A DNA stretch of 64,000 bases from Actinomycetota bacterium (GCA_041172145.1 JBEDKL010000005.1:297-64296); one strand, 5' to 3'. Counted from the stretch's first letter, positions 38,797 to 50,050 are shown. Numbers and translations: made by a program. The notes: generated by a model from the sequence alone, not told the origin.

Positions 38797-39312
38797 ATGA
38801 CAAATGAGAGCACGCACAGCCAGGTATTTTCAGGACTCATCCTACTTACCGGACAGGATAAGCCCGGATTAGCCAATGCCCTTTTTGAGGCACTATCACC
38901 CTTTGCGGTATCGATTATTGATATCGACCAGATAGTCATCAGCTCTCGTTTAATTCTCACAGTTCAGATTTCACTCAATCAAGCACACCAGGGTGCCATT
39001 GAAAGTGATCTCGAGCTACTAGCTCAACGTTTAGAGATCGACATAGCTTCTGTCTTTGATTTCTCTGATTCACCCAGCGCAATGCAACACGATGCCACTG
39101 TACGTATCACCGCCTCAAAAATGCTACCCCGTTTCATCAACTCAGTTACATCCGTTGTTCTATCTTCCGGTGGAAACATCCTGCGATTTAATCGCAGTTC
39201 AATAAACCCAATGGTGATCGAGATAGATGTAGTGGGTTCAACTGCCACAAATTTACAACAGGCTTTTAGCGCTATTCCAGCAGAGTCAGATCTGCAGATC
39301 TCGGTTCATTAA
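38797..39312 (+). CDS. ACT-domain protein resembling the regulatory N-terminus of actinobacterial SerB
   Basis: LTGQDKPGL...IIDIDQIVI..RLIL; second ACT-like repeat (GGNI); directly upstream of serB. Confidence 0.7.
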   Translation: MTNESTHSQVFSGLILLTGQDKPGLANALFEALSPFAVSIIDIDQIVISSRLILTVQISLNQAHQGAIESDLELLAQRLEIDIASVFDFSDSPSAMQHDATVRITASKMLPRFINSVTSVVLSSGGNILRFNRSSINPMVIEIDVVGSTATNLQQAFSAIPAESDLQISVH

Positions 39313-39319
39313 GGAAATT

Positions 39320-39958
39320 ATGAGCTTCAGAAAACGTCTCGTTCAGTTTGATGTTGATTCAACCTTTATCCAACAAGAGGCGATTGAATTACTGGCAGCC
39401 AAAGCGGGCGTATTGCCGGAAGTGGCTCGTATTACCGATTCGGCAATGCGCGGAGAGCTAGATTTTGCCGAAAGCTTGATAGCGCGTGTTGCATTGTTAA
39501 GTGGCTTATCTGACTCTGTAATTGAACAAGTTCGCGCTGAGATCACATTAACTGATGGAGCTGCAAATTTAGTTGATTCATTGCATAAAGATGGCCATAG
39601 TGTTGCCTTAGTCTCTGGTGGCTTTGCAAACATAATGCAACCAATCGTCGATGATTTAAAGATCGATTACTTCAGAGCAAATACCTTAGAGATCAAAGAT
39701 GGTGTGCTAACTGGAAAGGTTGTAGGACCGATTGTTGACCGTGCTGCAAAAGCTCAAGCTTTGCGTGAGTTTGCCCTTGATTCACAAATTGAGCTAGCAG
39801 ATACCGTGGCCATTGGAGATGGTGCAAATGACTTAGATATGATGGCGATCGCTGGCATAAGCATCGCCTTCAATGCAAAACCAATAGTTATAGAAGCGGC
39901 AACCTTTTCGATAACAGAGCCATCATTGGCTTCCGTTAAATCTTTGATTGGCCTATAA
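39320..39958 (+). CDS. serB: Phosphoserine phosphatase (catalytic domain only)
   Basis: FDVDSTFIQQE, AMRGELDF, VSGGF, GDGANDLDM, FNAKP. Confidence 0.93.
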   Translation: MSFRKRLVQFDVDSTFIQQEAIELLAAKAGVLPEVARITDSAMRGELDFAESLIARVALLSGLSDSVIEQVRAEITLTDGAANLVDSLHKDGHSVALVSGGFANIMQPIVDDLKIDYFRANTLEIKDGVLTGKVVGPIVDRAAKAQALREFALDSQIELADTVAIGDGANDLDMMAIAGISIAFNAKPIVIEAATFSITEPSLASVKSLIGL

Positions 39959-40804
39959 CTAGAGTCGACAGGCGTGAATATCGGTGACCAGGATTCCTCT
40001 GGCGCCCAAAGCCCACAGCTCATCCATCACGCGATTAGTCTCTTTACGTAAAACCATTGCTCTGACGGCAACCCAATCATCTTTTTGCAAAGGTGAGATG
40101 GTTGGTGACTCCAAGCCAGGTGTAATTGCACAGGCCTTTTCGACAAGTGATTTCGGTACATCGTAATCCAGTAAAACGTATCGTCTTGCAGTTACCACAC
40201 CCTGCAAACGACGGATAAGCACATCCAATCCAGATGGAATTTCGGTACCAGCGCGCTTAATCAAAACAGCTTCACTACTTAAAATCGGTTCTCCAAATGT
40301 TTGTAATCCTGCTTGTCGCAATGTGTTGCCGGTGCTCACAACATCTGCGATCAAATCCGCCACACCTAAGCGCACACTACTTTCTACCGCTCCATCTAAG
40401 CGAACAATCTTTGCTGTTATCCCCAGCTTGCTGAGACTGTGTTCAACTAATCCCGGATAAGCGGTCGCAACTCGTTTGCCTTGAATATCACTCTCGCTCC
40501 AGGTCTTGCCGGTAGGGGCGGCAAAGCGAAAGGTTGATCCGCCAAAATCTAAAGATAAAACCTCTTGTGCATCTGCGGCAGAGTCAATCAACAAATCTCT
40601 ACCAGTGATTCCAGCCTCAAGTTCGCCAGATCCAACATATACAGCAATATCTCTTGGACGTAAGTAGTAAAACTCAACAGAGTTGTCTGGGTCAATCAAC
40701 ACTAGATCACGACTGTCGGTACGTTGACGGTAACCCGCCTCTTTCAAAATTGCGATAGAGCTTTCTGCAAGGGATCCCTTGTTAGGGACTGCGATTCTTA
40801 ACAT
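39959..40804 (-). CDS. hisG: ATP phosphoribosyltransferase (long form)
   Basis: [48 protein letters not shown]. Confidence 0.96.
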   Translation of the reverse strand: MLRIAVPNKGSLAESSIAILKEAGYRQRTDSRDLVLIDPDNSVEFYYLRPRDIAVYVGSGELEAGITGRDLLIDSAADAQEVLSLDFGGSTFRFAAPTGKTWSESDIQGKRVATAYPGLVEHSLSKLGITAKIVRLDGAVESSVRLGVADLIADVVSTGNTLRQAGLQTFGEPILSSEAVLIKRAGTEIPSGLDVLIRRLQGVVTARRYVLLDYDVPKSLVEKACAITPGLESPTISPLQKDDWVAVRAMVLRKETNRVMDELWALGARGILVTDIHACRL

Positions 40805-40813
40805 TCTGGCTCC

Positions 40814-41077
40814 TTATAAGTACTTGTAAACATCATTGAGAGTTAGGCCGCGTGCGAGCAGCAAAGTTTGCAGGTGGTAAATCAACTGACTGATCTCTTC
40901 AGCTAAAGCTGCATCGCTTTCATGCTCTGCTGCCAGCCACACTTCGCCAGCCTCTTCGAGAATCTTCTTACCTATCGAATGAACACCTGCATCGAGGGCG
41001 GCTACCGTTCCAGATCCCTCAGGACGTTCGATCGCCTTTGTGCTCAGTTCATTCCATAAATCTTCGAAGCTCTTCAT
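40814..41077 (-). CDS. hisE: Phosphoribosyl-ATP pyrophosphatase
   Basis: [32 protein letters not shown]. Confidence 0.94.
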   Translation of the reverse strand: MKSFEDLWNELSTKAIERPEGSGTVAALDAGVHSIGKKILEEAGEVWLAAEHESDAALAEEISQLIYHLQTLLLARGLTLNDVYKYL

Positions 41078-41090
41078 GCTGAAAAGTTTA

Positions 41091-41759
41091 CTAGGAGTCA
41101 ACCTTACTCGCTGCGAATTTTCTAATGTCGATAACCATCTGAGCCGGATCTGGAGCGTTGAAAACAGCGCTTCCGACTACAAATGTATCCGCACCAGCAT
41201 CTAGCGCCATTTCAATCGTATTCATGGATATTCCACCATCTACCTGTAACCAAATTGGGCGATCACCGATGATCTTTCGAGTTTTTCGCACCTTATCCAT
41301 CATGTTCTCCATGAACTTTTGTCCTCCAAAACCAGGTTCGACGGTCATTATGAGGAACATATCAAGCAGATCTACAAATTCAGCATAATCCTCAATTGGA
41401 GTATTGGGCTTAATACCCAAACTTGATCGTGAACCCGCTGCTCTAATGTTCTTCAAAGTTGAAGGGATGTTCTGTGTTGCCTCGGCGTGAATTGTTACCG
41501 AAGCGCAACCAATTTCAGCGTACGCAACTGCGATCTGATCGACATCGGCCACCATTAGGTGGGCATCTACGGGTAAAGAAGATTCAGAGATAATCTTTGA
41601 CGCTGCTTCGAAATCAAAGGTGAAGTTAGGAACAAAAACATCATCCATTACATCGAGATGAAGTAAATCCGATACCTGAGCGATTGAGTCGATCTCTTCA
41701 TTGAGTCGAGAAAAATCCGCATTCAAAATACTCGGGGTGATTCTGATCTCTCGGCTCAT
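41091..41759 (-). CDS. rpe: Ribulose-phosphate 3-epimerase
   Basis: [37 protein letters not shown]. Confidence 0.96.
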   Translation of the reverse strand: MSREIRITPSILNADFSRLNEEIDSIAQVSDLLHLDVMDDVFVPNFTFDFEAASKIISESSLPVDAHLMVADVDQIAVAYAEIGCASVTIHAEATQNIPSTLKNIRAAGSRSSLGIKPNTPIEDYAEFVDLLDMFLIMTVEPGFGGQKFMENMMDKVRKTRKIIGDRPIWLQVDGGISMNTIEMALDAGADTFVVGSAVFNAPDPAQMVIDIRKFAASKVDS

Positions 41760-41768
41760 ATCCCTATT

Positions 41769-43124
41769 TTACTCACTACTCTTTTTAAAAAGGGCTAAAT
41801 ACATTGCATCGGTACCAGTTCGGTGGGTCCACAACGCCATTGCTTGATCTCGTTCTGAAAGTAGTAAATTTGCCGGTAAGTATGGATGCACATCAACTTG
41901 CTGCATGTTTGGGTGCTTCCGTTTGAGATCTGCAATTTGAATAGATGTTTCAGCTAGATGAGGAGAGCATGTGGCATAGCCCAAAATGCCACCAACTTGT
42001 AAGGCCTTGATTCCGGAGTCGATCAACTCTCGCTGCAATTGAGTAAGCACCCGCAGATCTTGCAGATTGCGTCGCCAACGTACTTCTGGTCGCCGACGTA
42101 AGGCACCTAGACCGGTGCAAGGCGCATCGATCAATATGGCATCAAACTTTTCAGATTGGTTGCCTATCTCCCGACCATCGCCAACGATGACGCGATCTCC
42201 ATTAACAACTTGACGTACTAAATCTGCACGTACAGATGAAACCTCATTAGCGGTGAAGGTCACCCCACGTTCTCGCGCTATGTTGGATAAAAGCGCTGCT
42301 TTACCTCCAGGACCAGCGCACATATCAAGCCAACTTTTGCCGGCTGAGGCTGATGCGAAAACAGAGGCGACAAGCTGTGAGCCTTCATCCTGCACGCCGA
42401 TCTTTCGAGATTTGATCAAATCAAGCGCCCCCGGATTACCTTTCCAGTGAGCACCGTAAGGAGAGTAAGTAGTTGGCTCTCCCCCGATGTTCTTCAAATC
42501 CTCTATAGATGACAATCCTGGCCAGGAAACTAAAGTTGGAACCGCCGCTTCATTGTTAATCGCAAGGGCTTGCTCAACCTCCTTCCAATCTTTGAGAAGA
42601 TCAAAATAGGCTGAAACTATCCACTCAGGATGTGAGTATTGAATAGATAACCTTTGAACCGTATCGGTCATCTCAAGAAGGGGTGCAAACCAATCCTCCT
42701 GACTCTTTCGAGTTACGTTGCGCAGCATCGCATTAACAAAACTTGCCTTTGACTCACCTAAACGCTTTCTAGCGACTTCTACCGTCGATGCAACAGCTGC
42801 ATGGTCTGGAATGCGCATTTCATGAATTTGATGAACGCCCATACGACAAATATCCACAATTCCAGGATCTACCTCTAACCAAGGCCGATCACTGATTTGA
42901 GCTAGAACCCAATCATGTTTGCCTTGCATTCGAATCGTCCCGTAGAGCAGTTCTGTTACTAGGGCTCTATCTCGATCATCTAACTTGCTGGCATTGAGCG
43001 CTTGAGGCAGGAGAAGGTTTGAATAACCCTCATTGCGATTTACCTCGGTCAGCAGATCAAAGGCAAGCAATCGTGAGCTTTCAGGTTTTGGAGATTTAAA
43101 GGTGTTACGACGCGCCTCAGCCAA
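41769..43124 (-). CDS. rsmB: RsmB/Sun (Fmu) 16S rRNA m5C methyltransferase
   Basis: NusB-like N-terminus; VQDEGSQL, DMCAGPGGK, DAPCTGLG..RRRPE, YATCS. Confidence 0.9.
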   Translation of the reverse strand: MAEARRNTFKSPKPESSRLLAFDLLTEVNRNEGYSNLLLPQALNASKLDDRDRALVTELLYGTIRMQGKHDWVLAQISDRPWLEVDPGIVDICRMGVHQIHEMRIPDHAAVASTVEVARKRLGESKASFVNAMLRNVTRKSQEDWFAPLLEMTDTVQRLSIQYSHPEWIVSAYFDLLKDWKEVEQALAINNEAAVPTLVSWPGLSSIEDLKNIGGEPTTYSPYGAHWKGNPGALDLIKSRKIGVQDEGSQLVASVFASASAGKSWLDMCAGPGGKAALLSNIARERGVTFTANEVSSVRADLVRQVVNGDRVIVGDGREIGNQSEKFDAILIDAPCTGLGALRRRPEVRWRRNLQDLRVLTQLQRELIDSGIKALQVGGILGYATCSPHLAETSIQIADLKRKHPNMQQVDVHPYLPANLLLSERDQAMALWTHRTGTDAMYLALFKKSSE

Positions 43125-44025
43125 AGAACTCTCCGCCCACTAACCGTGCCCCTCGTGCCCAATCGATTGCTTTCATCTCCTTCTTACCGGCAGGTACCAC
43201 GGTTACAAGCTCAATCGCCGATTGATCCGCGCATCCAACGTAAACACTTTTCTCGCTAGTAATCACTGCTCCCATTGGGATATCAGCATTATTAGCAAGT
43301 ACAGCTGATGTAATTTTAAAAGGCTCCTCTTTCCATAATGTCCAAGCTCCAGGTTCATAGGTAAAAGCCCGAACCGCATTTACAACATCCTTTGCATGAA
43401 CGGAAAAATCCAGCCGTGCCTCTTCTTTTGAGATTTTAGGTGCCAAACTCGATTGACCTGATTGAGCAACCGGAGAGATACCTTGAGAAATCTTTAAAAG
43501 TGCTTCTTGGAGAACGATTGGGCCTTGCTGCGATAGAGATGCCAGAAGTTCAGAACTCCTCCACGATGGATCAATATCAACAGAGCTTTGTGAATAAATA
43601 GGCCCCGTATCCATACCCTTTTCTAATTGAAACACAGTTACTCCGGTAATAAGGTCACCATTTTGAAGTGCTCTTTGCGCAGGAGCTGCGCCTCTGTATA
43701 GAGGTAGCAATGAGAAATGAAGGTTAATGAAACCAAACTTGGGAAGCTCCAAAATGGCTTGCGGAAGTAAAACACCATAACCGATAGTGATTACACAATC
43801 TAAATCTTCTATCTGACCTTTTAAGTCGAGAGAGTTTAAAGGCTTGACTGTCTTTACTTTGTGTTGATCCGCCCAATCGGCGACAGCGCTTTGCTTCATT
43901 GCCCTTCCCCGACCCGATGGTTTGTCAGGTTGAGTGATAATCAGAGCCAGCTCATGTTCAGTTGTGAGCAACCACTCCAAACAAGGAACTGCGACCTCCG
44001 GAGTAGCTGCTACTCCGAGACGCAT
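43117..44025 (-). CDS. fmt: Methionyl-tRNA formyltransferase
   Basis: TQPDKPSGRG, INLHFSLLP.YRGAAP, GMDTGP, APKI.KE. Confidence 0.95.
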   Translation of the reverse strand: MRLGVAATPEVAVPCLEWLLTTEHELALIITQPDKPSGRGRAMKQSAVADWADQHKVKTVKPLNSLDLKGQIEDLDCVITIGYGVLLPQAILELPKFGFINLHFSLLPLYRGAAPAQRALQNGDLITGVTVFQLEKGMDTGPIYSQSSVDIDPSWRSSELLASLSQQGPIVLQEALLKISQGISPVAQSGQSSLAPKISKEEARLDFSVHAKDVVNAVRAFTYEPGAWTLWKEEPFKITSAVLANNADIPMGAVITSEKSVYVGCADQSAIELVTVVPAGKKEMKAIDWARGARLVGGEFFG

Positions 44026-44585
44026 TAGGTGTTCCGTCCGAATATTGAGTGAGGCGAATCCTTTACTTGAATTGCTTGGCCTTTCTCGGCGGCTAGATTA
44101 AACCACTCAGATTCGCGAATCTCCTTCATTGCAGATTTGCGATCCTCTGCTGACAACTTATCAATAAAAAGAATTCCGTTGAGATGATCATTTTCATGCT
44201 GAAGGGCTCTTGCCAAAAACTCAGTGCCTTCAACGGTGATCGGCTCTCCATACATATTAAAACCCTTGGCAACCGCCCTCATCGCTCTTGGAGTTTCATA
44301 ACGAAGTTCTGGGAAGGACAGACACCCTTCCTCGCCATCCTGCATCTCATCACTCAGGGTAAGAACAGGATTGATGAGGTGGCCCAGGGTTTCATCTACA
44401 TCCCACACAAAGACTCGTAGTGAAACACCGATTTGGGGTGCTGCAAGCCCCGCACCTGGGGCATCCAACATCGTATCTGTCAGATCTTTAACAAGTACAC
44501 GCAGCTCTTTATCAAAATCAAGGACTGGTGATGCAGGAGTGGTGAGAACTGGATCACCAAAGAAGCGAATTTCCTGAATCGACAT
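44025..44585 (-). CDS. def: Peptide deformylase
   Basis: GAGLAAPQIG, EGCLS, QHENDHLNG. Confidence 0.96.
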   Translation of the reverse strand: MSIQEIRFFGDPVLTTPASPVLDFDKELRVLVKDLTDTMLDAPGAGLAAPQIGVSLRVFVWDVDETLGHLINPVLTLSDEMQDGEEGCLSFPELRYETPRAMRAVAKGFNMYGEPITVEGTEFLARALQHENDHLNGILFIDKLSAEDRKSAMKEIRESEWFNLAAEKGQAIQVKDSPHSIFGRNT

Positions 44586-44605
44586 GCCCGAAGTCTATCA
44601 ATGAG

Positions 44606-46489
44606 TTATAGAGAATAAGGATCAATTCTTAGTGTCAGTAATTCCTTCTTCGAAATGCTGCGCTTTCGCTGGAGTTCATGCAGTACAAGTGCCAATTGAC
44701 TCCATTCTTCAGATGCCACATGGATGACTATTTTGGCTTGGGATTTAGGCAATTGTGTGGGGCCAAATACTTGTGATGACAAAGGCAAGCGCCCCTCTGC
44801 CTTTGCCTTGTTTAATCCAGCTGCAATAGATGGAGCCGAAGTTGCATCTAAGACCAGGACAGCTGAAGTAACTGTTGGAGGAAGGTTGAGATCTGCTCTA
44901 TCGGCTAACTCTCGCTTGAGCATAGGTGCGATATTCCAACGTGCAACCGCTGCAACGATTGGATGAGAATCATCAATAACCAACAACACTTTACCGGTTG
45001 GTCTAATTAGAGAAGAGGTTTCAAAGATCAACTCTCGTGCACGTTCTTGACTGTTGATGTCTGTATGGGAAAAAAATCTAGTTGTATCCAATACAACAAC
45101 TGCTGCATATCCTTCATCAACAAGAGGTTGAGCGCCGGGAGTAGCGAGCACCAACGACGGCTTTGACTCAACTCTTTCTTTGATCACATCACCTGCTGAG
45201 ATAATGACTGGAAAACCAGGAAAAGCGCGAGAAATCTCCTCTGCTGCCCGATCAACACCTCTGCCCGCTAGATACTGCCTATCTCTTTGGCAAAAACTGC
45301 AACGCCAATCAGGAAAGCCAGTTCCGCAATGGACACAAGTTGGTGCGTGATTCTTTGAGGCTACGGATAGTCGGCCACCACATTTGCAGATTGCAATATT
45401 TTTGCAATGCGCACACAGAAGTGCATTGCCATAGCCCTTTCTCGGCGCCACGAACAAGACCGGACCGTTCTTTAGTGATCTCCTTATCTCGGAAAAGATT
45501 CTGCCCGGAAGTAAGGCACCGTCGTTGGGTGTAAATGCTTCTGTCTTGACCTCTACCCGTTGGTTTCTGTATTTGGTAAGACCCCGATCAATATCAAAGG
45601 CGGTTTTGATGGATGGTGCGAACCCTGTAAAAACTAGCTCTACACCCTCCAGCTCAGCTCTCATTTTTGCAATCGCACAGGTGTTCCAACCTGGGGACCT
45701 AACTTCATAATGTTCGGGTGAAGACTCCTTAAAGATGATGATCGCAGCCAGATTATTTACAGGTGCAAAGACAGCGCTGCGGGTACCAACAACTATAGAT
45801 TTCTTAAGCCTCATTGAAAGTAGGAAATTGCGATATCTCTCATCCCGAGCAGAGGAACTAGTTAGAGGTATTACATTTGAATGAGTATTTGAAAGAGCCA
45901 TGCAAATTTGCTCAACATCTTTCTCATCCGGAGCAATGACCAAGATTGAACCAGAGCTCTTTACTTGATTTATTATTGAAGGTAATTGGCTATGCGCAGG
46001 AGTGAAAGGCGCGAAGCTTTGAAAAGAGTAAACGCCTTTGCTAGCTTGCTTCTTCCTTTCAAAATCATTCTGTGACAACTCTTTGTCGACGCTTGCAACC
46101 CGCGGCGGGATTGCAGAACGTATGAGATCCCAGGGATTGCAGCAGTAATACGCGGCTGCGTGGTCTACGAGCTCTAAACTCTCTTTTGTTGCAACAGGAT
46201 GTAGTGAAAGGATTTTGGTGATCGACTTCAACTCACCAGCACGTTCTGGGGTCGCAGAGCGAGAGACTACGATCCCTTCAGTTTCACGGCCTCCAAAGGG
46301 AATCTGAACTCGAACTCCAGTTTTTGTCTCTTTGCTGATTTTCTCTGGAATGGCGTAGTCGTACAACTGATCGAGATGAAAAACCCCGGTATCTACTCGA
46401 ATCTTTGCGATCGGTAAGGTGCCAGCTATCGGGCCTGAAGGAGCAGGAGCAACTTCAGCCTTGAGTCTAAATAGCCGAGGTGATGCCAC
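44606..46489 (-). CDS. priA: Primosomal protein N' (actinobacterial form with degenerate helicase motifs)
   Basis: DQLYDYAIP and GVRVQIPFG 3'-binding domain, VGTRSAVFAP, Cys-rich Zn region; position between metK and def. Confidence 0.85.
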   Translation of the reverse strand: MASPRLFRLKAEVAPAPSGPIAGTLPIAKIRVDTGVFHLDQLYDYAIPEKISKETKTGVRVQIPFGGRETEGIVVSRSATPERAGELKSITKILSLHPVATKESLELVDHAAAYYCCNPWDLIRSAIPPRVASVDKELSQNDFERKKQASKGVYSFQSFAPFTPAHSQLPSIINQVKSSGSILVIAPDEKDVEQICMALSNTHSNVIPLTSSSARDERYRNFLLSMRLKKSIVVGTRSAVFAPVNNLAAIIIFKESSPEHYEVRSPGWNTCAIAKMRAELEGVELVFTGFAPSIKTAFDIDRGLTKYRNQRVEVKTEAFTPNDGALLPGRIFSEIRRSLKNGPVLFVAPRKGYGNALLCAHCKNIAICKCGGRLSVASKNHAPTCVHCGTGFPDWRCSFCQRDRQYLAGRGVDRAAEEISRAFPGFPVIISAGDVIKERVESKPSLVLATPGAQPLVDEGYAAVVVLDTTRFFSHTDINSQERARELIFETSSLIRPTGKVLLVIDDSHPIVAAVARWNIAPMLKRELADRADLNLPPTVTSAVLVLDATSAPSIAAGLNKAKAEGRLPLSSQVFGPTQLPKSQAKIVIHVASEEWSQLALVLHELQRKRSISKKELLTLRIDPYSL

Positions 46490-46492
46490 CGG

Positions 46493-47683
46493 TTACTTAA
46501 CTGCGTTTTGGAGCGCGCTAACGCGATCTGTACGCTCCCACGCAAACTCTGGAAGTTCACGTCCGAAGTGACCGTATGCACTAGTAAGTGAGTAAATAGG
46601 TCGAAGGAGTTCGAGATCGCGAATGATCGCCGCTGGACGAAGATCAAAGACTGATAAAACAGCCTCTTGAATCTTTGAGACTGGAACTGTTTCAGTTCCA
46701 AAAGTCTCGACGAATACGCCAACTGGTTGTGCCTTTCCGATGGCGTAGGCAACTTGTACCTCACATCGTCGAGCCAAACCTGCTGCAACTACATTCTTTG
46801 CTACCCAACGCATCGCATAAGCTGCTGAACGATCCACCTTTGATGGATCCTTTCCGCTAAACGCTCCACCACCATGACGAGCCATTCCACCGTATGTATC
46901 GACAATGATCTTACGACCAGTTAAGCCTGCATCTCCCATGGGACCACCGATAACAAAGCGACCTGTTGGGTTGATTAGGGTACGAAGATCTTTTCTTGGT
47001 AGATCGATCTTAGAAATAATCGGGTTGATGACATACTCAACAATCTCTGGAGTCAACTTTTTAACAACATCTACATTTTCAGCGTGTTGACTCGAGATGA
47101 CAACTGTGTCTAAAGCAATCGCACGATCTCCATCATACTCAATCGTGACCTGTGTTTTTCCATCTGGGCGAAGATATGCCAATTCTCCTGATTTGCGAAC
47201 CTTAGTGAGTTGCTGTGCCAGCGCATGTGCCAGCCAAATAGGTAAGGGCATTAATTCTTTTGTGTCATCACAAGCGTAACCAAACATTAATCCTTGGTCA
47301 CCTGCACCTTGTAGATCTAATGGATCTACAGCAGATGTAACTCGGTGCTCGTAAGCATCATCGACGCCCTGAGCGATATCTTGAGATTGCTGACCAATAG
47401 AAATAGATACACCGCAGCTATTTCCATCAAAACCCTTGTCAGATGAGTCATAACCAATGTTCAAAACAGTATCGCGAACAATTCCCATTACATCTGCATA
47501 TCCATTGGTTGTTACTTCACCAGCAACATGCACCTGTCCCGTCGTGATCAGTGTTTCAACAGCTACACGGCTCTTTGCATCCTGAGATAGCAGAGAATCT
47601 AGAACGGCATCTGAAATCGCATCAGCGATCTTGTCTGGGTGACCTTCGGTAACGGACTCGGAGGTGAAAAGGCGCTTTGACAT
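46493..47683 (-). CDS. metK: S-adenosylmethionine synthetase
   Basis: [34 protein letters not shown]. Confidence 0.97.
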   Translation of the reverse strand: MSKRLFTSESVTEGHPDKIADAISDAVLDSLLSQDAKSRVAVETLITTGQVHVAGEVTTNGYADVMGIVRDTVLNIGYDSSDKGFDGNSCGVSISIGQQSQDIAQGVDDAYEHRVTSAVDPLDLQGAGDQGLMFGYACDDTKELMPLPIWLAHALAQQLTKVRKSGELAYLRPDGKTQVTIEYDGDRAIALDTVVISSQHAENVDVVKKLTPEIVEYVINPIISKIDLPRKDLRTLINPTGRFVIGGPMGDAGLTGRKIIVDTYGGMARHGGGAFSGKDPSKVDRSAAYAMRWVAKNVVAAGLARRCEVQVAYAIGKAQPVGVFVETFGTETVPVSKIQEAVLSVFDLRPAAIIRDLELLRPIYSLTSAYGHFGRELPEFAWERTDRVSALQNAVK

Positions 47684-47687
47684 AGTT

Positions 47688-48872
47688 TTAACCTAACTGC
47701 CGGATGGCTTGATCAAGAAGTGTGTTACTAAGAGCGTCTTTGGAGACTTCCTTGACCGCTATATCCGCTTCATTGCGTACGAGAATGGTACCCATAGTTG
47801 TGTCCTGGCCAAAGATTGCCCCGCCAGAAACATCATTTACATAAATCACATCAAGACCCTTGCTCTCAAGCTTTCTGCGAGCCTCTTGCAGGTGATCGCT
47901 GGTTTCAGCAGCAAAGCCAACCATGATGCGACCGCCCTTTCGTGGGGCTAACTCAGCCAATAGATCGGGATTAGGCTCTAACTCCAGATTGAGTAATGAG
48001 GCCTTCTTGATCTTCTCATCTGATCTTTGTACAGGGCGGGCGTCAGCTACTGCAGCGCTCATGATCAAGATGTTGCACTCTTCAAAGTGTGAATTCAGCG
48101 CTTTTTGCATCTGTTCAGTTGATTCAACCGATACAACCTTCATATCTTTCAGATGAGAGGTTTCGCAGTTTGCTGCGATCAAGGTGACATCTGCTCCTCG
48201 ATTTTTTGCAGCGTTGGCTAGCGATATCCCCTGCTTGCCAGATGATTTATTTCCGATGAATCGAACGGGATCTATCGCCTCTCGAGTTCCGCCAGCGGTA
48301 ATAAGAACCTTTGTGCCTTTGAGATCTTGAAGCTGTCCTGTTACTTGATCAAAGGCTGAAATTATTGTCGCAGTTTCAGGAAATCTTCCGGGACCTACAT
48401 CATTACCTGTAAGTCGACCAACTTCTGGATCTAGTACTACAAAACCTCTTTCACGAAGAGTTTTCACATTTGCAACTGTTGCGGGATCTAGCCACATTGA
48501 TGGATGCATCGCTGGAACAATCATCTTGGGAACATCGGAGGCCAGTACTAAATTAGTGAGCAAGTCATCTGCCCGACCCATAGCAATTCGAGCGATCAAA
48601 TCAGCGGTGGCGGGTGCAATCAGAAAAAAATCCGCTCTTTCAGCCAGGGCAATATGTGGAACGGTGTGAACTGACTCCCACACTTGGGTTGTAACGGGAC
48701 GCCCTGAAAGTGCTTCCCAAGTAGCCGCCCCTACAAAATTCAAGGAGGCAGGTGTTGGTACAACGGTGATTATGTAGCCACGATCTTGAAGGCGACGTAA
48801 TAACTCGCAAGACTTATATGCCGCTATTCCCCCGCCAACTCCGAGGATAACCTCACGGCCTTGGAGTGTCAT
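47688..48872 (-). CDS. coaBC: Phosphopantothenoylcysteine decarboxylase/ligase
   Basis: [46 protein letters not shown]. Confidence 0.96.
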   Translation of the reverse strand: MTLQGREVILGVGGGIAAYKSCELLRRLQDRGYIITVVPTPASLNFVGAATWEALSGRPVTTQVWESVHTVPHIALAERADFFLIAPATADLIARIAMGRADDLLTNLVLASDVPKMIVPAMHPSMWLDPATVANVKTLRERGFVVLDPEVGRLTGNDVGPGRFPETATIISAFDQVTGQLQDLKGTKVLITAGGTREAIDPVRFIGNKSSGKQGISLANAAKNRGADVTLIAANCETSHLKDMKVVSVESTEQMQKALNSHFEECNILIMSAAVADARPVQRSDEKIKKASLLNLELEPNPDLLAELAPRKGGRIMVGFAAETSDHLQEARRKLESKGLDVIYVNDVSGGAIFGQDTTMGTILVRNEADIAVKEVSKDALSNTLLDQAIRQLG

Positions 48873-48880
48873 TGAAAAAG

Positions 48881-49153
48881 TTACGCTGTTGGCTCGAGAT
48901 TTTCGATTGTAAGAAGTCCCTCATTGATCTCGCGAAGTGCGATAGACAGTGGCTTCTCATGAACATGTGTCTCAACCAAAGGCCCAACATATTCAAGAAG
49001 GCCCTCGCCAAGTTGTGAGTAGTAAGCGTTGATCTGACGAGCGCGCTTTGCAGCGTACAAAACCAGGCTGTACTTGGAACCGCTCTTGTCTAGAAGTTCA
49101 TCGATAGGTGGATTAGTGATTCCATCCATGGTTTTCCTCGCTTCTGTGATCAA
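48881..49153 (-). CDS. rpoZ: RNA polymerase omega subunit
   Basis: [11 protein letters not shown]...[28 protein letters not shown]. Confidence 0.95.
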   Translation of the reverse strand: MITEARKTMDGITNPPIDELLDKSGSKYSLVLYAAKRARQINAYYSQLGEGLLEYVGPLVETHVHEKPLSIALREINEGLLTIENLEPTA

Positions 49154-49174
49154 TCTGGAACATAACTTACTCGC

Positions 49175-50050
49175 TTAATTCTGGGCTAACTCTACCAGTC
49201 TCTGAACAACGCTCTCGACCTGGTCATTGACCAAAACGACATCAAAGAAGGCTGCTGCCGCAAGCTCTTCTTGGGCCAATCTCAGCCTCTCAGCCCTTCG
49301 TTCGGCACCATCTGTCCCACGACCTTCAAGGCGCGAGACCAACTCCTCCCATGTAGGGGGCTCTAAGAAAACCAATAGCGACTGTGGCAAATGTTGCTTT
49401 ACCTGCTTTGCTCCGGCGATCTCAATCTCTAGCAATACATTTCGACCTTGGCGAAGCGCATCCTCAACCTGGCTTTGAGGTGTTCCATAGCGATTGCCTG
49501 CAAACTCAGCCCATTCCAAAAACTCATCTTGCGCGATCATGGTTGAAAACTTTTCTTCACTTACAAAGAAGTAGTCGCGACCTTCAACCTCATTGATGCG
49601 AGGCTTACGCGTTGTTGCGCTAACGCTTACCCAAAAATCATTTGCTTCACGAAGCTTCTTAGCCACTGTACTTTTACCGACGCCACCAGGGCCAGATAGA
49701 ACAATTAATTTTCCAGGCTTGGTGCTCATATCCTCTTTCGTAAACTCTTCACGTAACTCCTTGAGTTGAAGTTTACCAAGTCCCTGAATCCTTCTGGTTG
49801 AAGAGATATTTAATCTTTCCATAAGAGTAATAACTCGAACTTTGCCAACACCAGAGAGTGACTCCAGTAACTCTTTGACCCGCATCTTTGCTATAGCGTC
49901 ATCGATGGTCGCCAACTTTAAAACATCTTCAATACTTAATTCGCCGCTCTTAATCTGGGTCTTAATCTCGGCCCGACGTTTTCTAGATATACCAGCCTTA
50001 GCCAGGGCTGCTTGACGCTGCTCCGGTGTTAGTTGTGGTGGCAATCCCAT
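49175..50050 (-). CDS. gmk: Fusion of actinobacterial integration host factor (mIHF) and guanylate kinase
   Basis: First ~103 aa LTPEQRQAALAKA...LLESLSGVGKVR...RRIQGLG (mIHF), then LSGPGGVGKST, SVSATTRKPR, YGTP, LEIEIAGA (Gmk); one open frame. Confidence 0.92.
   Translation of the reverse strand: MGLPPQLTPEQRQAALAKAGISRKRRAEIKTQIKSGELSIEDVLKLATIDDAIAKMRVKELLESLSGVGKVRVITLMERLNISSTRRIQGLGKLQLKELREEFTKEDMSTKPGKLIVLSGPGGVGKSTVAKKLREANDFWVSVSATTRKPRINEVEGRDYFFVSEEKFSTMIAQDEFLEWAEFAGNRYGTPQSQVEDALRQGRNVLLEIEIAGAKQVKQHLPQSLLVFLEPPTWEELVSRLEGRGTDGAERRAERLRLAQEELAAAAFFDVVLVNDQVESVVQRLVELAQN

Noticed and set aside
44606-46489. priA as a pseudogene because Walker A/DExH motifs are missing
   Set aside because: The ORF is intact, and helicase-degenerate PriA is usual in actinobacteria
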